From: Raja brachyura
Taxonomy: Eukaryota
NCBI GenBank assembly: GCA_963514005.1
Contig: OY740813.1
Coordinates: 13,392,001-13,456,000, forward strand
Direction of reading: 5' to 3'
DNA: 64,000 nt
Part shown: positions 26,701 to 41,200 of the stretch, piece by piece
Numbering within the stretch: the first letter of the stretch is position 1
Layout: every line of letters starts with the position of its first letter
Notes under the pieces: model-generated
What the model was told of the DNA's origin: nothing
Seen by the model: the letters and a program-made list of their open reading frames with translations, nothing else
Database searches by the model: none
Made by a program: the position numbers and the translations under genes

Positions 26701-29700
26701 TTTAGTATGAATTACCTTGCTAACCATTGCTGCCCTTTTCAAATTGCTAGCTTAGTCAATGAATCTGTGTGCACTGTAGCCTGTCGAAATGAACATGCCT
26801 GATTAATCCATACAGAATTGTGCTGGCTGGAGGATTTTCTGTGATTTTGTTTGACCTCTTCTCCATGCTGTTTAAGATGTAAAAGTGTTGTCCTTGTTAT
26901 TTTTGATCTCTGTCCCACTCTCTCTTCCTCCACCCGTTAGGAGGACCAGGGAGGAGGGGGACTGCTGAGAGGAGATGAGGCTGCAGAGAAGCTGATGGAG
27001 AGCGGACAAGGGACCCAGTGACCTCCCTTCCTTCTTTGGCCCGAGGACTAAGTAATTGGCCTGCTTCCAGCCCCTGCCCTACCACAGCTGCCACAATCAG
27101 TTCTAATCCATGGGGATCTGGGGGGATCGAACAAGTGTTTGACTACAACTGCTGTGCAGCGTTCCTCCATTACAAGCACATAGCATCATCAATCACCAGT
27201 GTGTGTCACTGTGGCCTGTAGCCAGCTATTGACTGGAGAAACGGAGAATGCCGTAAATGTCAGCGATTCAAGGAAAGGCCTGATAAAATCACGACAGAGT
27301 GGACAAAGATAAACTGTTCCTATTGGTGGAGGGGATCAAAAACTACGAAGCACAGAATGAATGTGAGTGGCAGCAGAGCCAAATGTTCTATCCTTACATC
27401 CGCCGTAGTTGTGGAGTCTGCCTGAATTGTTGTGTTAAATATTTAACCATCTGCAAGGCTGTGGGGGAGAGTGGGAGGGTGCTACTCGCTAGATTTCTCT
27501 TATCTATACAGACAATGAACTGGATAATCAGCTAATGTGTTGCGACTATTTTGGATCCTTTGATGAACAGAGTGGAGGTTCCTGGTACAAGGACTAAAGC
27601 AGTGACTCATGTGTTTTTCACACAGATGCTTACTGCCCTGAGGGGTGGTTAGTTTAAGAAAGAACTGCAGATGCTGGAAAAAAAATCGAAGGTAGACACA
27701 ACATGCTGGAGAAACTCAGCGGGTGAGGCAGCATCTATGGAGAGAAGGAATAGGCAACGTTTCTGGTCGAGACTTCTTCAGACTGATGTCGGGGGGGGGG
27801 TGGGGTGGCAGGAAAACTGACACCCTGAGGGATGGTGTCAGTTCTCAGCTTACTCGGCTGCAGTTTATCCTTTCATCTCCAACAGCCAAACCGACATAGG
27901 TTTTGCTGGTCGTAATGTACTATAATTAGCAAAACTGACAATGTTCTGCCTATTATTTATACTAGTAACTTACTAAAGTTAGCAGTAATTTTGCTAGTTA
28001 CTGTGCATTGGTGGGTGACAAAATTCTATATATTTTTCTAGTTATAGGTGTTGAGATAGACTATTAAGGTTACAAGGGAAGATGCTTAATCTAAGAGTGA
28101 ACGGCAGGCAGCAAGACAGAGTTGATGAAATTGAATAAAAGACAGAACACATTTTTCGGCCATCCTTGGCAAGAATACCCTGGATACAAACAAATTCATC
28201 CATCTGAAATGTGAAATGGCATGAGACCAAATCAAAGACTGAGATGTGGCAAGAATTTGCAAAAGCCAATCTGTCCTATGCCATGCTGAAGAACATCTGG
28301 ATGGCAAAGTAACATCTGGACTGCAAACAAAAGATGTCCTCAATGTGTTTATATGGTTTAACATGGGGGAAGTTGGCAAATTTGAACATGAACAAAGTGC
28401 GGGGGGAACACAGCAGCACCTGTGGAGGGAAATAGAGAGAGAACGGTTTGAGTCGGCAGACAAATTTGAGATTTACCAAAACAAATGAATAAAGAAGAGC
28501 CAGAAGTTTTAAGCTGAAAAAAAAAATCCCTCCAAAATGAGAGCTGAATTAAAGACAAAAGCTATTGTCCAAGCTATATGAAGGAGCAAATGTAGCAATA
28601 TTGTCAGCTCCACTGCCCAGAGCACAGGCCCAGGAACAGTCAGTGGGAATAAAAGGGGTAGTCCCAAGGTGACAAGGTAAAAAGGAGATGAAGACATGTA
28701 AATGAGCGTCATATTAGCAACACTGGTGCACTATTCCACAGAAACTGATGGGCCATTCGAAGTGCAAGCGGGATTGAAAGAATTATTATTTTCAGAAGTT
28801 CATTCCCAACAAAACTGAAATTCCAGTTCAGATGAAGGGTCTTGCCCTGAATTGTCAACTGGCCATTTTCCTCTACAGACACTGCCTAGTTACTCCAGTG
28901 GTTTGTTTTTTTGTTCAATTTCCAGCATCTGCAGTCTCTTGTGCCTATAAAAATTCCACTCAGTAGTTTTCCAATAAGCCACGTTGCAGTTCAGGGGGAA
29001 GTTTTCAGAATTGTGCTTCAAGGATATTTTCATTCAGTGAATCCCCTAAGCAGAGGTTGGGGATTCCCATAGACCCAAGGAATTAGAAACAACAGGTCCC
29101 CCTCCCCGACTGGTTGAAGAAGCAAGAATAGTTTTGTGTTTACCTTAAACGGTTAGTTAATGCCAATTGGAGAAATGCTGGACGTGCATACAAATGGTCA
29201 CAGCACGTCCGAGTCAGGATGGGAGGTCAGCCAGAGACCACACTGATCTCCATCCAACAACCCTTGCATGAAGCACAGAGTTAGGACTCAGCTGCAATTC
29301 CTTCTTAGCCTTGCTGTGAGTATGAACTGTAGTTAGTGAGCTGCACCCAAACTATAGTCAGAGCTTTGTGCATTCAATTCCCCGGGGAGAATGAAGTGCA
29401 ATAATGAAGGAAGTCCAGCCTTACTATTTGGTCAAAAAAATATCACATGTTGTTGTTGTTACTGCATCATTACAGAAATTATATGCAAAAAACACTCATG
29501 TTATCTGGAGAAAACCCACGGCACAGTGAAATTTCAAGTACCTGATTAAGTAGAAATCCATCAGGAACACCAGGTGTAAGCCAAGACCCTCAGATGTTGC
29601 CTTTGTAAGATATGCGTAGATATGTACAGTTTATGGACCTGTGAAGCTCCTTTAAGTGTTTTGATTAATATTACAGAGAAGGCCATCATTTGCTCACTGT

Positions 29701-32700
29701 TGACAATCAGCAAAACAGATTTTGGCAACTCAGTCTGGATTAGTTCCCAATGAACTGTCTGTGATCATAAAAAAATAATTTGACAGCACTTGTGCTCCTC
29801 CGCAGTTATTTCTTAAAAAAAAATGTTTTAAACCAAAAAACATCACAAAGTCAGTGACCATAACTATACAAGCACAGTTGAACATCAAGGAAACCTAGAG
29901 GTGAGAATGTGTTATAAAAGACACAACACACTTGTGATGATGTCTTATATCAAGCATAATGCACGAGTAGTAATGTGAAAGATAGTGGGCTACACAAATA
30001 TGGTAATACATTATGTAGAGTACAACACTCAAAAGGATAATGTTATACACCAGTCAACACTGGAGAATTAAGAGGTTGCACGCTCAAGGGTGACTTACAC
30101 AGCACATCAAGCAGGAAATTAATTTGTCTCTTAAACACCCCACCCTGAGATGTATTAACTCTCTTGAAATACTCTTGTAGCAGTCTATCGGAGGTCGTTG
30201 ACAATGGGGAATGAAACGCTTTCATTTTCCATTCAACTAATGTCAGCATCATATGGAATAATTCGTTTACTGTGAGCCATCTAATCTGGCACAAGAATAT
30301 GCCATTGCCCCCAGTGTCAAACTGCATCATTTTTTGCTCAAATTTAGGGCACATTTCCATTGCTGGCTGGCAATTGTTGGGTTAAAGCTGTTCAAACTCA
30401 TTGCCAACAGGACTCTTATATCCAGCCATGAGAGGGAGGCACCCACTTTGTACTGAAATTAATACAAACCAGGCCTGAGGATTAGCAGTGCACTCCCCCA
30501 GCACCAGTCGTCTCTCTTAAAAGACAACCTTAATTATTTTTTCTATAAATTTGCTTTTTAAGTCAGCAACAGCAGATTAGGCTAATGACATAAAGCAGTG
30601 TGCAGCAATAAATGCTGGTTGGAATGTGCTTGTACGAGTTAAATCAAGAACCTAATGTCTAGTGCTTTTGATAATCAGGAGTCACAAATTCAAATCCTAC
30701 CAATGTAACTTAGGAATGCAAGGAATGAAATAAATCGATGATTTTAAAAGATAACGGCTAATCTCTGAAATGGATACAATGAAAGTACAGAATATTGTAA
30801 CCCTCTGGGGAGGAAATCTTAATCCTTATTGAATCTGAATTATAACCCAACTGCATCACACACGATGACTGAATAAGGACCAGAACACTGGGAGAACCAG
30901 GCAGGTCAAGCCACATCTGTGGAGGCAAAAAGTGCACGTCAACATCTGGTGTGGATGCAGGGTCTCAATCAGAAACGTCAACATCTACCTTTTGTCTCCA
31001 TAGCTGCTGCTTGATCTGCTGAGATCTTCCAGCATTCAGCTCTTTGTTCCAGATTCGAGTATCTGCAGTCTTACTGGTCCTCTTGAAGTAACCGCCAGGA
31101 ACTCAGTTGATCAGCAAATAAACTATGGCTGAGGCAGTCAGCTCAACATACCTTCAATGAACACATATTTAACATAGAGCAGTATAAAACAGGCGCATTG
31201 GCCTACAATATCTGTGGCACCAAGACCATCTCTTATCTATCTGCACATAATTCATATTCCTCCCTTCTCTGTTCATCCATATGCCTATCCAAAAGCCTCT
31301 CAAAAGCCACTATCATATCTGCCTCAACCACCATCCCTGGCAGCACATTCCAGGCACCAGTCAATGTGCTCTCCACTGTATACCTCTAGAACTTCAAGAC
31401 AGTATTGTTGTCATACCGAATCTCCTGAATCGTTTAAGGAAGTAGAGGTGCTGATGGGCTTATCTTATGGTTGCATCAATGTGCTGGGTCCAGGACAGAT
31501 CTTCAGAGATATGCAGGCCCAGGATTTTGAATTTTTTGATTCTCTCCACCACTGTCCCGTCGATGAAGTCAAGTTTATGGGTCCTCGACTTTCCTCTTCC
31601 AATCAGTTCCTTGGTTTTACTGGCGTTGCGAGCAAGGTTGTTGTTCTGGCATCATTTAGTCAGTCGATCAATCTCCTTCCTTTACTCTGGCTCATCGTCA
31701 TCTGTAATCCAGATCATTCAGGCAACATTCTGGTAATCCTTCTCTGCACCCATTCCAAAGCATCCACCTCTATATTCTTTAGTATTAATTCTTGAGTGAA
31801 GAGCACTGTTGGTATTTATCGCTCATTCCTTGTGGATTTGACTAGGTGGTAATGGGCTTTCTTGAACCATTGTGAGCATTTTTACTTTTAAATGGCCTCT
31901 AAAGATAACTTAGAGCACTGGATTCTGGATACAGATTACATTCCCTGCAGGGTATTTGGGAAATACTGCATTTTTCAAAAGCATGCCATTACTGTATCTT
32001 TAAATCCAAATACAATTTGTTATGGTGGGAGTTGAATACACCATTGCTGGTGATTAATCGCACACAGTGGATGACTAGTCCAAGCAATTTAACAGCTAAA
32101 AGCAATCCCAAGGCCAAGGGCCACAGCAGACAATGATGCAAATTATTGTCAATTATTTGTATTTACACAGCAACTTTAACAGAGTAAATGATCCCATGAT
32201 CATTTCATACTGAATCCTTATCAAATAAAATTTGATATTTGACCTGCTGAGTATTTCTAGCATGTCTTGTGTTTATTCCAGACATTAAATGAAAGATAGT
32301 TTTAAGGAACGTCAGGCACTGAAGTAAAAAGAGTTATGGAAAGAACACCAGAACTTAGCATTCGTAACTGAAGCTGACGGCATAACTGCAGTTGTGGACC
32401 ATTTAACATGCGGTTACAACAGAGGTGCCAATGACTTATGACAAATAAGATTTACTAACACACGGAGGATGAACCTCACACGAAAATAATTGCATGACCC
32501 ATGTCATTGTTATTCTACACACAGTAGTCCCAAAATCATAAGACGTTGTAATAAAGGAAGGCATCCTATATTAAAATAACAATCTGTTGACCAAAGCATC
32601 TGAAAGACTTGGTGCTAAAGGGATATGATTTTTTTTCCTCTTTATTAGAGAGAGGGATATAACCTCTGTAACATTGGGTTGGTGCCATGATGGAAATTGC

Positions 32701-35109
32701 ATCTCTGTGCATATTGCAGCAGTGTGTAGGCTAGAACATGTTGGGGAGTTGCTGTCTTCTTCTCAACGTTCAACCAGGTTATGTGGTGGTAGAAACATGT
32801 TGCTTTGCACTAGGTTTTCAACTATAGGATAATAAAGTATCTTTGTTAGTTCAAATAACCGCCTATCCTCTATATCTTAGTGAACAAATGTGAGCAAGCA
32901 ATTGAGAAAGATTCCTGGAATGTACTTTTTCATTATTTAGGCTGGAATAGTTTGTGGTTCAGCCGACCCCAGTGAGGCTTGTCTGATAAGATCTTCACGG
33001 ACGTGGTATTGATTTCCCTTTGAAGTTATCGAGATTCCGGTGCAATTGCAGTCGGAATATTTCAATCTACACTCACTAATAGTCATTAGACAAATCTTCC
33101 TCAGCTGTCATGGTACCACTCTGAAATCATACTCAGAACCAGGAGGCATTAAAAAAAAAAGTACTCCTCAAATTTTCATGGATAAATTGGTGGCACAGCA
33201 GTTAATGGGTTTGATCCTTCGCTCGGGCACTGTGTCTGAGGAATTTGCACATTCCTTCCATGATCTAATTGGCAATCTCCAGGTACGCTAGTATTTTTTC
33301 CTTGTAAACCATAGATAGACATGCTGGTACATTAACTGGACCACAGTAAATTACCCTTCAGAACAGGTCGATGCCAAAAAGAATCAAAGTGGATTCTTGT
33401 AGATAGTTGAAAAATAAAAATTCACAGGTACAGGGAATAAAGGAGGGAATGGAACCAATGGTATTGCTTCTCTGCAAGCCCATCGGGGATCTACAGGACC
33501 GAGTGGTCTTATTCTCCGTCATTATAAGCATAAAATAATTTCAGTCATCATTCAGTCTGGGAGATGCTGTGGGATTAGTAATGTGTTGATGACAGAACTT
33601 CTCTTTAAATCCCATCAATGAGATGATACAACAGCTAACTTCTAAATTGCAATTGTAATGTAGGTAAATGTTCCGAGGAGTGATATCGCACAAAATTGAT
33701 CAACAGACTCTGAGACATTATTATTGACCAACGCCTCTGATCAGAAAGGCGGATTTTAAAGGAGGAGAGTGCGAGTTGGTGCGCAGTGAAGGAGAAAGAG
33801 CGAGAGTGTGTATTGCTTTATAAACCAAGGAATTACACATAAGAAAAGGGAAGTGCATGAACCTGAAGCTGGAGGTATCACAGTGTCCTGGATAAGCTTG
33901 CAGAGATAAGGAGGGGAAGGCTATGAAATGAATCAAAATTGAGGATGAAAAGTCTGTTAAGGTGTTTCCATGACCAGAAGACAATGTGTGCCAGTGGACT
34001 TGCTGCGAGTTAATGATATGGCAGGGTTTGGCTGAACTCGGGCCAATGGCAGGCAGAAGGTTGAGAAAAAGACGGAGGGCTTGCCGTCAATAGTGCTCAG
34101 AGGTAGCTCCTATCCCTGCTTCCACCTCCCCGCAGGCAATCACTGCCACAGAGCAGCCGAGCGAGAGTCAGGGATGACTCGACTGCTCTCAGCCACCCTG
34201 TTCAATCAGCATAACTGTGGTTTTGATACCAAGCTACTGGGTGGCACCATTGTTCAACAGCTGCTTTACACATGGCCCTCAGGCCATCTCCTTCTTCACT
34301 ATGTCCTCTCCAAACACTCATGAAAATAGTGATTATTGGCAGATATATCCTTGGAACTTTTCCAAAACACTGTCAGACTTTCTCCCTCCTACTCTGACAC
34401 TTCTCAAGAACTGCAACCATATACTTAAACTTTACGTAAGCATAATAAATATTGTTCTTACAAGTGTATTCCAACATTATCCATTAATATTGTTGTCCCC
34501 TCACAGTCATGTTTCCTTGACATGGCTCCAGAAATGAGACGGATCTCTCCAAAAGGCAGAGTGCCTAATCCATCACAATACAGTGGGGGCTACTGTACTC
34601 TCAGAGTCCTCCTTGACAGCTCAGCCAATACTCATCCCTCACTTGCACATTCGATCACTGAAGAAGATCATCTGGTCAGTATCCTGTAGTCGCTCCATAA
34701 GTGCTTCATGATGTCTTTAGAGTCTTCTTAAGTTGTAAAATGACTATTCAGATCAAGACTACATCCATATCTGATAACCTGAAGCTCATATCTACTCTCT
34801 CCCCTACAATCTGTGCAAAATATAAACAGTGGAGGAGATATTTACATTCAGTGCAGTCACAGGAGGAATGATCACACGACTTTAACATCTCTTTAGTGTT
34901 CTGGTCTCTCTTGGATAACACAAAACCAAATATTAAACTATTGCCCTGGGATCTGTGCAGTGACTATTTTATTAGTTGAATCTTCTGGAAATACCACACC
35001 AAATGCCGTCATTAAAGGCTCTTTGTGAATGGTTTCTGCACACTATAATTTTTAGCTGGAAGAGGGTGGGATTTCCATGGGGCTCCTGAGTCTGGGCTGA
35101 GCAGACTTA

Positions 35110-35684
35110 AGGGCCTGTCCTACAAGCATACAACTCTATGCGATTAGCGCGACCTAACGTGGTCGCTTGAGCCGTCCGGCGTCGCGGGGCCGGTCCCACT
35201 TCGATCGCCGGAGCCGTGCGGAATTGTGCGGAGTTCGTCTCGACACCGCGCGGCGCTCCGAAAAACTATGTCCAAATATTCCGCGCGGCAACGGCTTGTC
35301 GGCTCGCAGTCGCCTCGACGCATTACACACCACACCGACATCGTGCCTCCGTGAACCTATCTGTAGGTGCCTCTGTGACCCTCTATGTGTGTGGCTCCGT
35401 GGCCCTCTGCGTGTGTGTGCCTCTGTGCCCCTCTCTGTGTGCCCCTCTCTGTCCTGGCGAACTTACCTTAGACTTCGCTCCAAGTTCGCCTCACTTTGCG
35501 CCGCGTTGCGCTACTCACCCGACCTCCGCGCGGCCCCTACTGCCGGTTTGGTCGCGCTTGCCGCATGCAGGCGCATGCTGGTGGGAACGGCCCTGTACAG
35601 GGGATCACCCGACCTTCGTGCGTCCCCCGCTTCTAGTTTGATCGCGTTCATCGCATAGAGTTGCATGCTGGTGGGACAGGCCCT
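35110..35684. mobile_element. MITE, PIF/Harbinger-like (copy 3)
   Basis: agggcctgtcctac...gtgggacaggccct with perfect TTA TSD; CpG-rich; internal TIR-like copies. Confidence 0.85.
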
Positions 35685-37308
35685 TTACGGCAATATCCCT
35701 GCTGCAGTGTGTGCAAGCACTCTGCAAGATGTGTGGTCCGCTTTTGGAAGGATGTGGGGAGGATTCAATTGGATGTTATTGTTTCGTGTCATTCTTCCCT
35801 CCTGCATCCAACCCCTCCACCGTCACCACTGCTGTATTTATGCTTATCTATCTGAGGCAGAAACAATGGCAAAGAGCTGAGCTGGCCCACTGCATTCTGT
35901 GATAAATAGCATCATTATTTTTGCTTGCTTTAAGATAAGATGTGATCCAGGGAAACAGCTCATGGGGCACAGGCATTTTTTTACCGAGGGGGAAGGAAAG
36001 ACGCCGACTCCTCTGGCACACTGTTTAGATCATGTGGTCTGTTTATTGCTGAGCAGGGGAAAATAACTTTAGTGTGTGGCAGCCACACCACCTCACATCC
36101 AACAGCAGAACAAGCCAGTCCCGTCAGTGAATGAGAAATGAGTCACACACAGATAATACTGCATGGGCTTGGCTGAGGGCCAGGAGCAGAGCACTTTCTC
36201 TTGTAAGAAGCAACTATTGAAGCTGGAAGTCTTTGAGGGTCTGAAGAGTTTCCTGTTATTCTCTCAGTGCCTTTGGAGGAAATCTTCAATCATTAAAAAC
36301 CCACTTCAAATAGCACAGTGGTGCAACTGATCGAGCTGCTACCTCACAGCTCGAACGATGCAGGTTCAATGTCGATCTCCAGTGCAATCGCTTTCCTGTT
36401 CTTTTGCCTCTCCCTTCGATAACAGAAAACTGAACATTAAACTAATACAGTCTTTCCTCTTGGGATTTGTGCAGTGAGCGCGTGGAGTTTGTATGATCTT
36501 CCCGTCACTGTGTAGGTTTCTTCCAACATCGTAAAGATGTGCCCGTTGACTGCTGTTAATTGTCCTTTGTGTTTAGGGAAAAATGGTAGAATCTGGGGCT
36601 TGTTGATGGGGATGCCAGGAGAATAAAATATAGGATCAGTGTAAATGGGTTGGTGTAGGCTCAATGGGCCGAAGGGCCTACTTCTGTGCTGTATATTCCA
36701 TGACTCAGTGCGTAAGAAAATAACATTGTTTATAAGATATATAGTTTATAACATATAAGATAGTAGGCACGTCCCAACACCCCTTTGAGCCTGGTTTGAC
36801 ATCCAATAAGATCAAGATTGATTTATTAGCCTTAATACAGTTCTGGCACTAATCAGTTGAGCTTAATGGCGCAGTTTAAAATCTGGTCAAAGACACTGAG
36901 AAAATGCTGCTGCTCTTTCAATTATACTGTGGGAATCTTTGCCAGGTAGAATGAGTCTTGTGCTTAACATTCGAGCTGATAACCTCACCCTCCCTCAGTG
37001 ACTGTGATGTTTGAAACAGCTCAACTCAACACAGAGAACCAGATAATCTTGACACACTGTACAGCTCAGCACTAAAGAAGAACCAACTTTAAAAAAATTC
37101 ACCCTCACAGGCTGAGCCAGGCTGCCCACCTCAATGCCCTTGAGAAGGAGGTGGTGAGCTGCTTTCTTGAACAACTGCACTTCTTCAGGTATTGGTATTC
37201 CAGTCTCCATCCTCACTGCCATCTGAGTACTTTCATGAAGGTTTTGGAATATAGTCACTGTTGTAATGCATACACAGCCAAGCTCCCAAGTGGGCAATGA
37301 GATAAATG

Positions 37309-37505
37309 GGTTACACAAAAAGCTGGAGAAACTCAGCGGGTGCAGCAGCATCTATGGAGCGAAGGAGATAGGCGACGTTTCGGGTCGAGACCCTTCGTCA
37401 CCTATCTCCTTCGCTCCTTAGATGCTGCTGCACCCGCTGAGTTTCTCCAGCTTTTTGTGTAACCCTCGAATATCCAGCATCTGCTGTTCCTTCTTTAACA
37501 ACAAG
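37309..37505. mobile_element. Penelope-type foldback element, young subfamily, 10-bp TSD
   Basis: Near-perfect inverted arms (ggttacacaaaaagctggagaaactcagcgggtgcagcagcatcta...); TSD gagataaatg (37299-37308, 37506-37515). Confidence 0.8.
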
Positions 37506-37515
37506 GAGATAAATG

Positions 37516-37700
37516 ATTTGGTTTAAAGATTAGTTGAGGGATAAACATTGGCCAGGGGACCAGGCACAGAGGCCATCCTTTTAAAAACAGAGCAACCACT
37601 CTCTGTCTGAGAAGGTAGATGAGGCTTTGGTTTAACCCTTTCCCCACATACAAGAGCCCAGTTATAATCATGTACCCACAGTACGGCATTGTTGTGCCTA
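37516..37700 (-). mobile_element. Old Deu-domain-like SINE fragment
   Basis: The reverse strand reads gtccccTGGCCAATGTTTATCCCTCAAC, similar to the DeuSINE core as I recall it. Related decayed pieces near 14185-14270, 17300-17530, 39295-39400 and 49640-49790. Confidence 0.45.
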
Positions 37701-40700
37701 TGGATATAGATCACACACAGCTTTAGTTTACCAACCTTATCCCATGGTTGTACGATCAGAAACTACAAAACATACAGTGATAAATAAATTATACTTTTCC
37801 AATATGAACGGAAGGACTAGAAACCTGTGTTGTTTATTAAAGCAAACAGTCTTTGCCAGGAGTGCATATGGGACCTTGTTGATGAAAATCAGCTCACTGC
37901 CGAATGTCTCAACACTCCGTGCGTGACCAGACTCATTTGCAGGCATGCAACGCTCTGGGCTGGGCGCACAAGTTCAGGAGTGCCACCATGTCATCCCTCA
38001 GTGTGACCCTCCTGGAGAATCTGTTGCCAAGGATAAGAAACACTTTGCTACTGATCTAAGCCTGAAACTCTCACTAATGCCGGACATGCCCTCCTCATTG
38101 TCCACAGCCCCAGGACCACACAAGTGGCAACAGTGGCTCGGTTGGTGCCCGTCATGCTTCCAGATTGGAAGGCCAAGGGTTAAAGCAGCACTGGAGAATG
38201 CAGCACGTAACTCAGGCCGAAACTAATGTAAGATTATGGAAGATAGAGGCAAAAAGCTGGAGTAACTTAGCGGGACAGGCAGCATCTCTGGAGAGAAGGA
38301 ATGGGTGACGTTTCGGGTCAAGACCCTTCTTCAGGTTAAGGAAGTTCGACAATGTAAGTGGTGCTGCCTTTCAGAAGGCAATCTCTCTCTTCATTATAGC
38401 ATTCAGCTCTCCCTACTGCCTCTGAGCTTGCATGCTTCTCCCTAAAAGGGTCGCCTCATGTTGGCTATAAATTCCATTATATACCTTTCCCTTTTTTTTC
38501 TATGACCCACAGCGTTTCAAAATGTGAATTTGGGGTCTCTTTGGCAGGATATACCTATCTTATTTTGATAAACTGAAACCTGGCCCTCTCCTGCAGTGCA
38601 TAAATCCTATGCACAAAGCCTGTATTCAATGGAATTCCCCAAAAAGTTTGAGTTAAATTGGGTTTCCTATTTGATATGCTGTACCAATTATAATTGCCAT
38701 GGGCCATTTCAGCAAAAGCATTAATGGGTAATTCCCAGGAAATTCCCGGCGATAAGTTTCCAGATCTCTTGTCATGTTTTGTTGGAAAATGAACTTCCTC
38801 TGTTGTGCAGAGAAATGGGACAACTTACAGCATAACAAAAGGGAACGTTTACTTTCCGCTCTTCCTGGCTCAAAACTGGTCTGGACAAGAATCAAAGACT
38901 AGTACAAGCACAGCAGAATGCTACAACCCTTCATGCTCAACAACCCCTCTGTTTTTTCCTCTGATCCTGCATTGAATTTTACTTTTTAACTCTATATCCA
39001 ATTTCCACTTCAATTTTACAATTACTTTTATTTCCACCACCCTCTGGGACATTTTATCCAGCTCACCAATTTACGTGCCAAGAAAAAAAAAATCCTGATC
39101 TGTTTTCTGATACCTTTGCCAGCTTTCCAAAATATAAGACTCCTGGAAAGAATTTCTCCATTCTACTCTATCAAATCAACTTGTATTTTTTTTTAAAACA
39201 AAATATCTTATTAACCATCTTTGCTCTATACTACCTAATAACCCCGACTTCAATTAAACATCAGATTTAAATCCTGTAATTAAAAAAAATCGAGGGCCTG
39301 GCCAATATTTTCTCTTTGATCACCATCACTCATCATTGGGAGCTTTCTATGTGCACATTGATTTTCCAGTTTCTCATGGTAACTCTACTTCATATGCAAT
39401 GTATTTGTTTGTTATTGTCACATGTACCAAGATACAGTGAAAAACTATGTTTTATATGTTTGCTAGACAAGTCATACCACATATGAGTACAATTAAACCA
39501 TCCATACGTGAGTTCTCTAGGCTCGTGCAAAGCCAAAGGAAACAGAGTACAGAATGTGGTGTTACAGCTGCAGGAAAAATCCCCCCAACATGTGCAAGGA
39601 CTGCAATGAGGTAGATTGGGAGATCAGGAATACATCCTTAGCTTATGAGAGGTCAGGTCAATAGTCCTGATAAGCGCCGAGCTTTGAGATTCGAGGTGCT
39701 TGAAATGCATGTAAGTACAAGTCCTTTCTTGATTTTTCCTCTAGTACACCAACATATGTCCCAGAGGAATTCTTGAGAAATATCTTGTGGAAATCCACTT
39801 CCAGAGAATTGGCCTTTATTGTTTTAGAGCTTAGCAATGTGGACCACCTTCTTTCAAAAGTACACCAACATTACGAGGGCAGACATTCTGATTCTAACCT
39901 CGTCCTGATCCCATCAACTCTTCTGAAAGGAATATGGGTTGTGGATATTTAAACACCTACATCCCCCTCCTTCTAGAAATTCAAAAAGGGTCCTAAAATG
40001 GACAGAAATGAAACCTAAAATCATCACCTGTCCATATTCATCTTTGGATCCTTTGCTTCCACAACAAAGGCAGGGAAAAGGATCAGTGCTGCCTCTCATG
40101 CATAGGAAACTTAGGTTACCTACAATGCTGCCCTGGCAGCATCAATATAGATTTTCCTCTCTAATGATTCAATTGCAACTTAACCCCCAGGCATCCGATT
40201 CAGGAGCAAGTGCACTAATAACTGACAGATGGTCAACTCTTGGCTGGCAGAGGTGAGCCTGAAGAACAAGCAGCTCCATCCTATCCACATGCTCCACTAC
40301 GCTTGCTTTTCCCCTTCTCTCTTCAGATGCCCTGCCTCCTTGCATTGTTTACTCAAGGAACATCCCTTTTCACCTTTCAGGGTGGAATTAATATTAATCA
40401 GTGGTAATGAGAAAATTAACAAAGGATTGGGCTGATCAGATAAGTAGATTTTGTCTCACAAATAGCATAATCTTCTAGGGTGTGTAACCCCCATCCCAAA
40501 ATATGTTTTAACAATTTTCATTCCAAATTAGTAAGTTCCTGATCTAGGTCCACTGTGCATCAAATTTTTAATTGTTTTCTAAAATAAATGATCAATGCTC
40601 TCTGATCTGTCTTTCTCCTTTCATTTCAGGTACTTTCGGAATGCTGCTGAATCCATACGATGGCTGGAAAATAAAGCAGCATAGACCAAAGGCCGTATTT

Positions 40701-40704
40701 TGAG

Positions 40705-41200
40705 AGCATAATGATTGGTTGCAACACGGCCTGTTCCGGCAACTCGAATGCCCAAGAACAAAGAAGACCACAAACAGTGGTAAACACGGCCCAGTACATC
40801 ACCGATACCGACCACCCCACCATCAAAGGGATCTGCGGGAGTCGCTGCCTCACAAAAGAAGCCAGCATCATCAGAGACCCGCCCACCCTGACCACACTCT
40901 CATTTCACTCCTGCCGTTGGGAAGAAAGTATAGGAGCCTGAAAACTGTAACATCCAGGTTCTGGAACAGCTTTGTCTTATAACAATCAGGCTATTAAACA
41001 CCACAACCTCCGAGCTGCAGGGGGCACTGTTTTGATCTTTGCACTATTATTGTCTGTTTGTATTTTTATATTTTTATATTTTTCTGAACTTTTTGTTGTT
41101 TATTATTGTGTACAGAGTACTGTGTTTACATATCTGTTGTGCTGCTGCAAGGAAGGATTCCATTGTTCAGTTGTCTGTTCGAATGAAAATAAAGCATCCT
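40705..41200 (+). mobile_element. Rex1-type LINE 3' fragment
   Basis: Frameshifted remnants (KASIIRDP / HPDHTLISLLPLGRKYRSLKTVTSRFWNSF) plus 3' UTR. Similar fragments at about 15790-16070 (+), 31385-31720 (-), 22810-22990 (-), 3880-4240 (-), 905-1110 (+) and 62700-62855 (+). Confidence 0.75.

Noticed and set aside
31214-31795. 193-aa ORF (+)
   Set aside because: Antisense read-through of CR1 and Rex1-type LINE fragments.
35144-35658. Overlapping GC-rich ORFs (also 53442-53953, 6248-6677, 23774-24254)
   Set aside because: They lie within GC-rich MITEs, where stop codons are rare; no transposase motifs.
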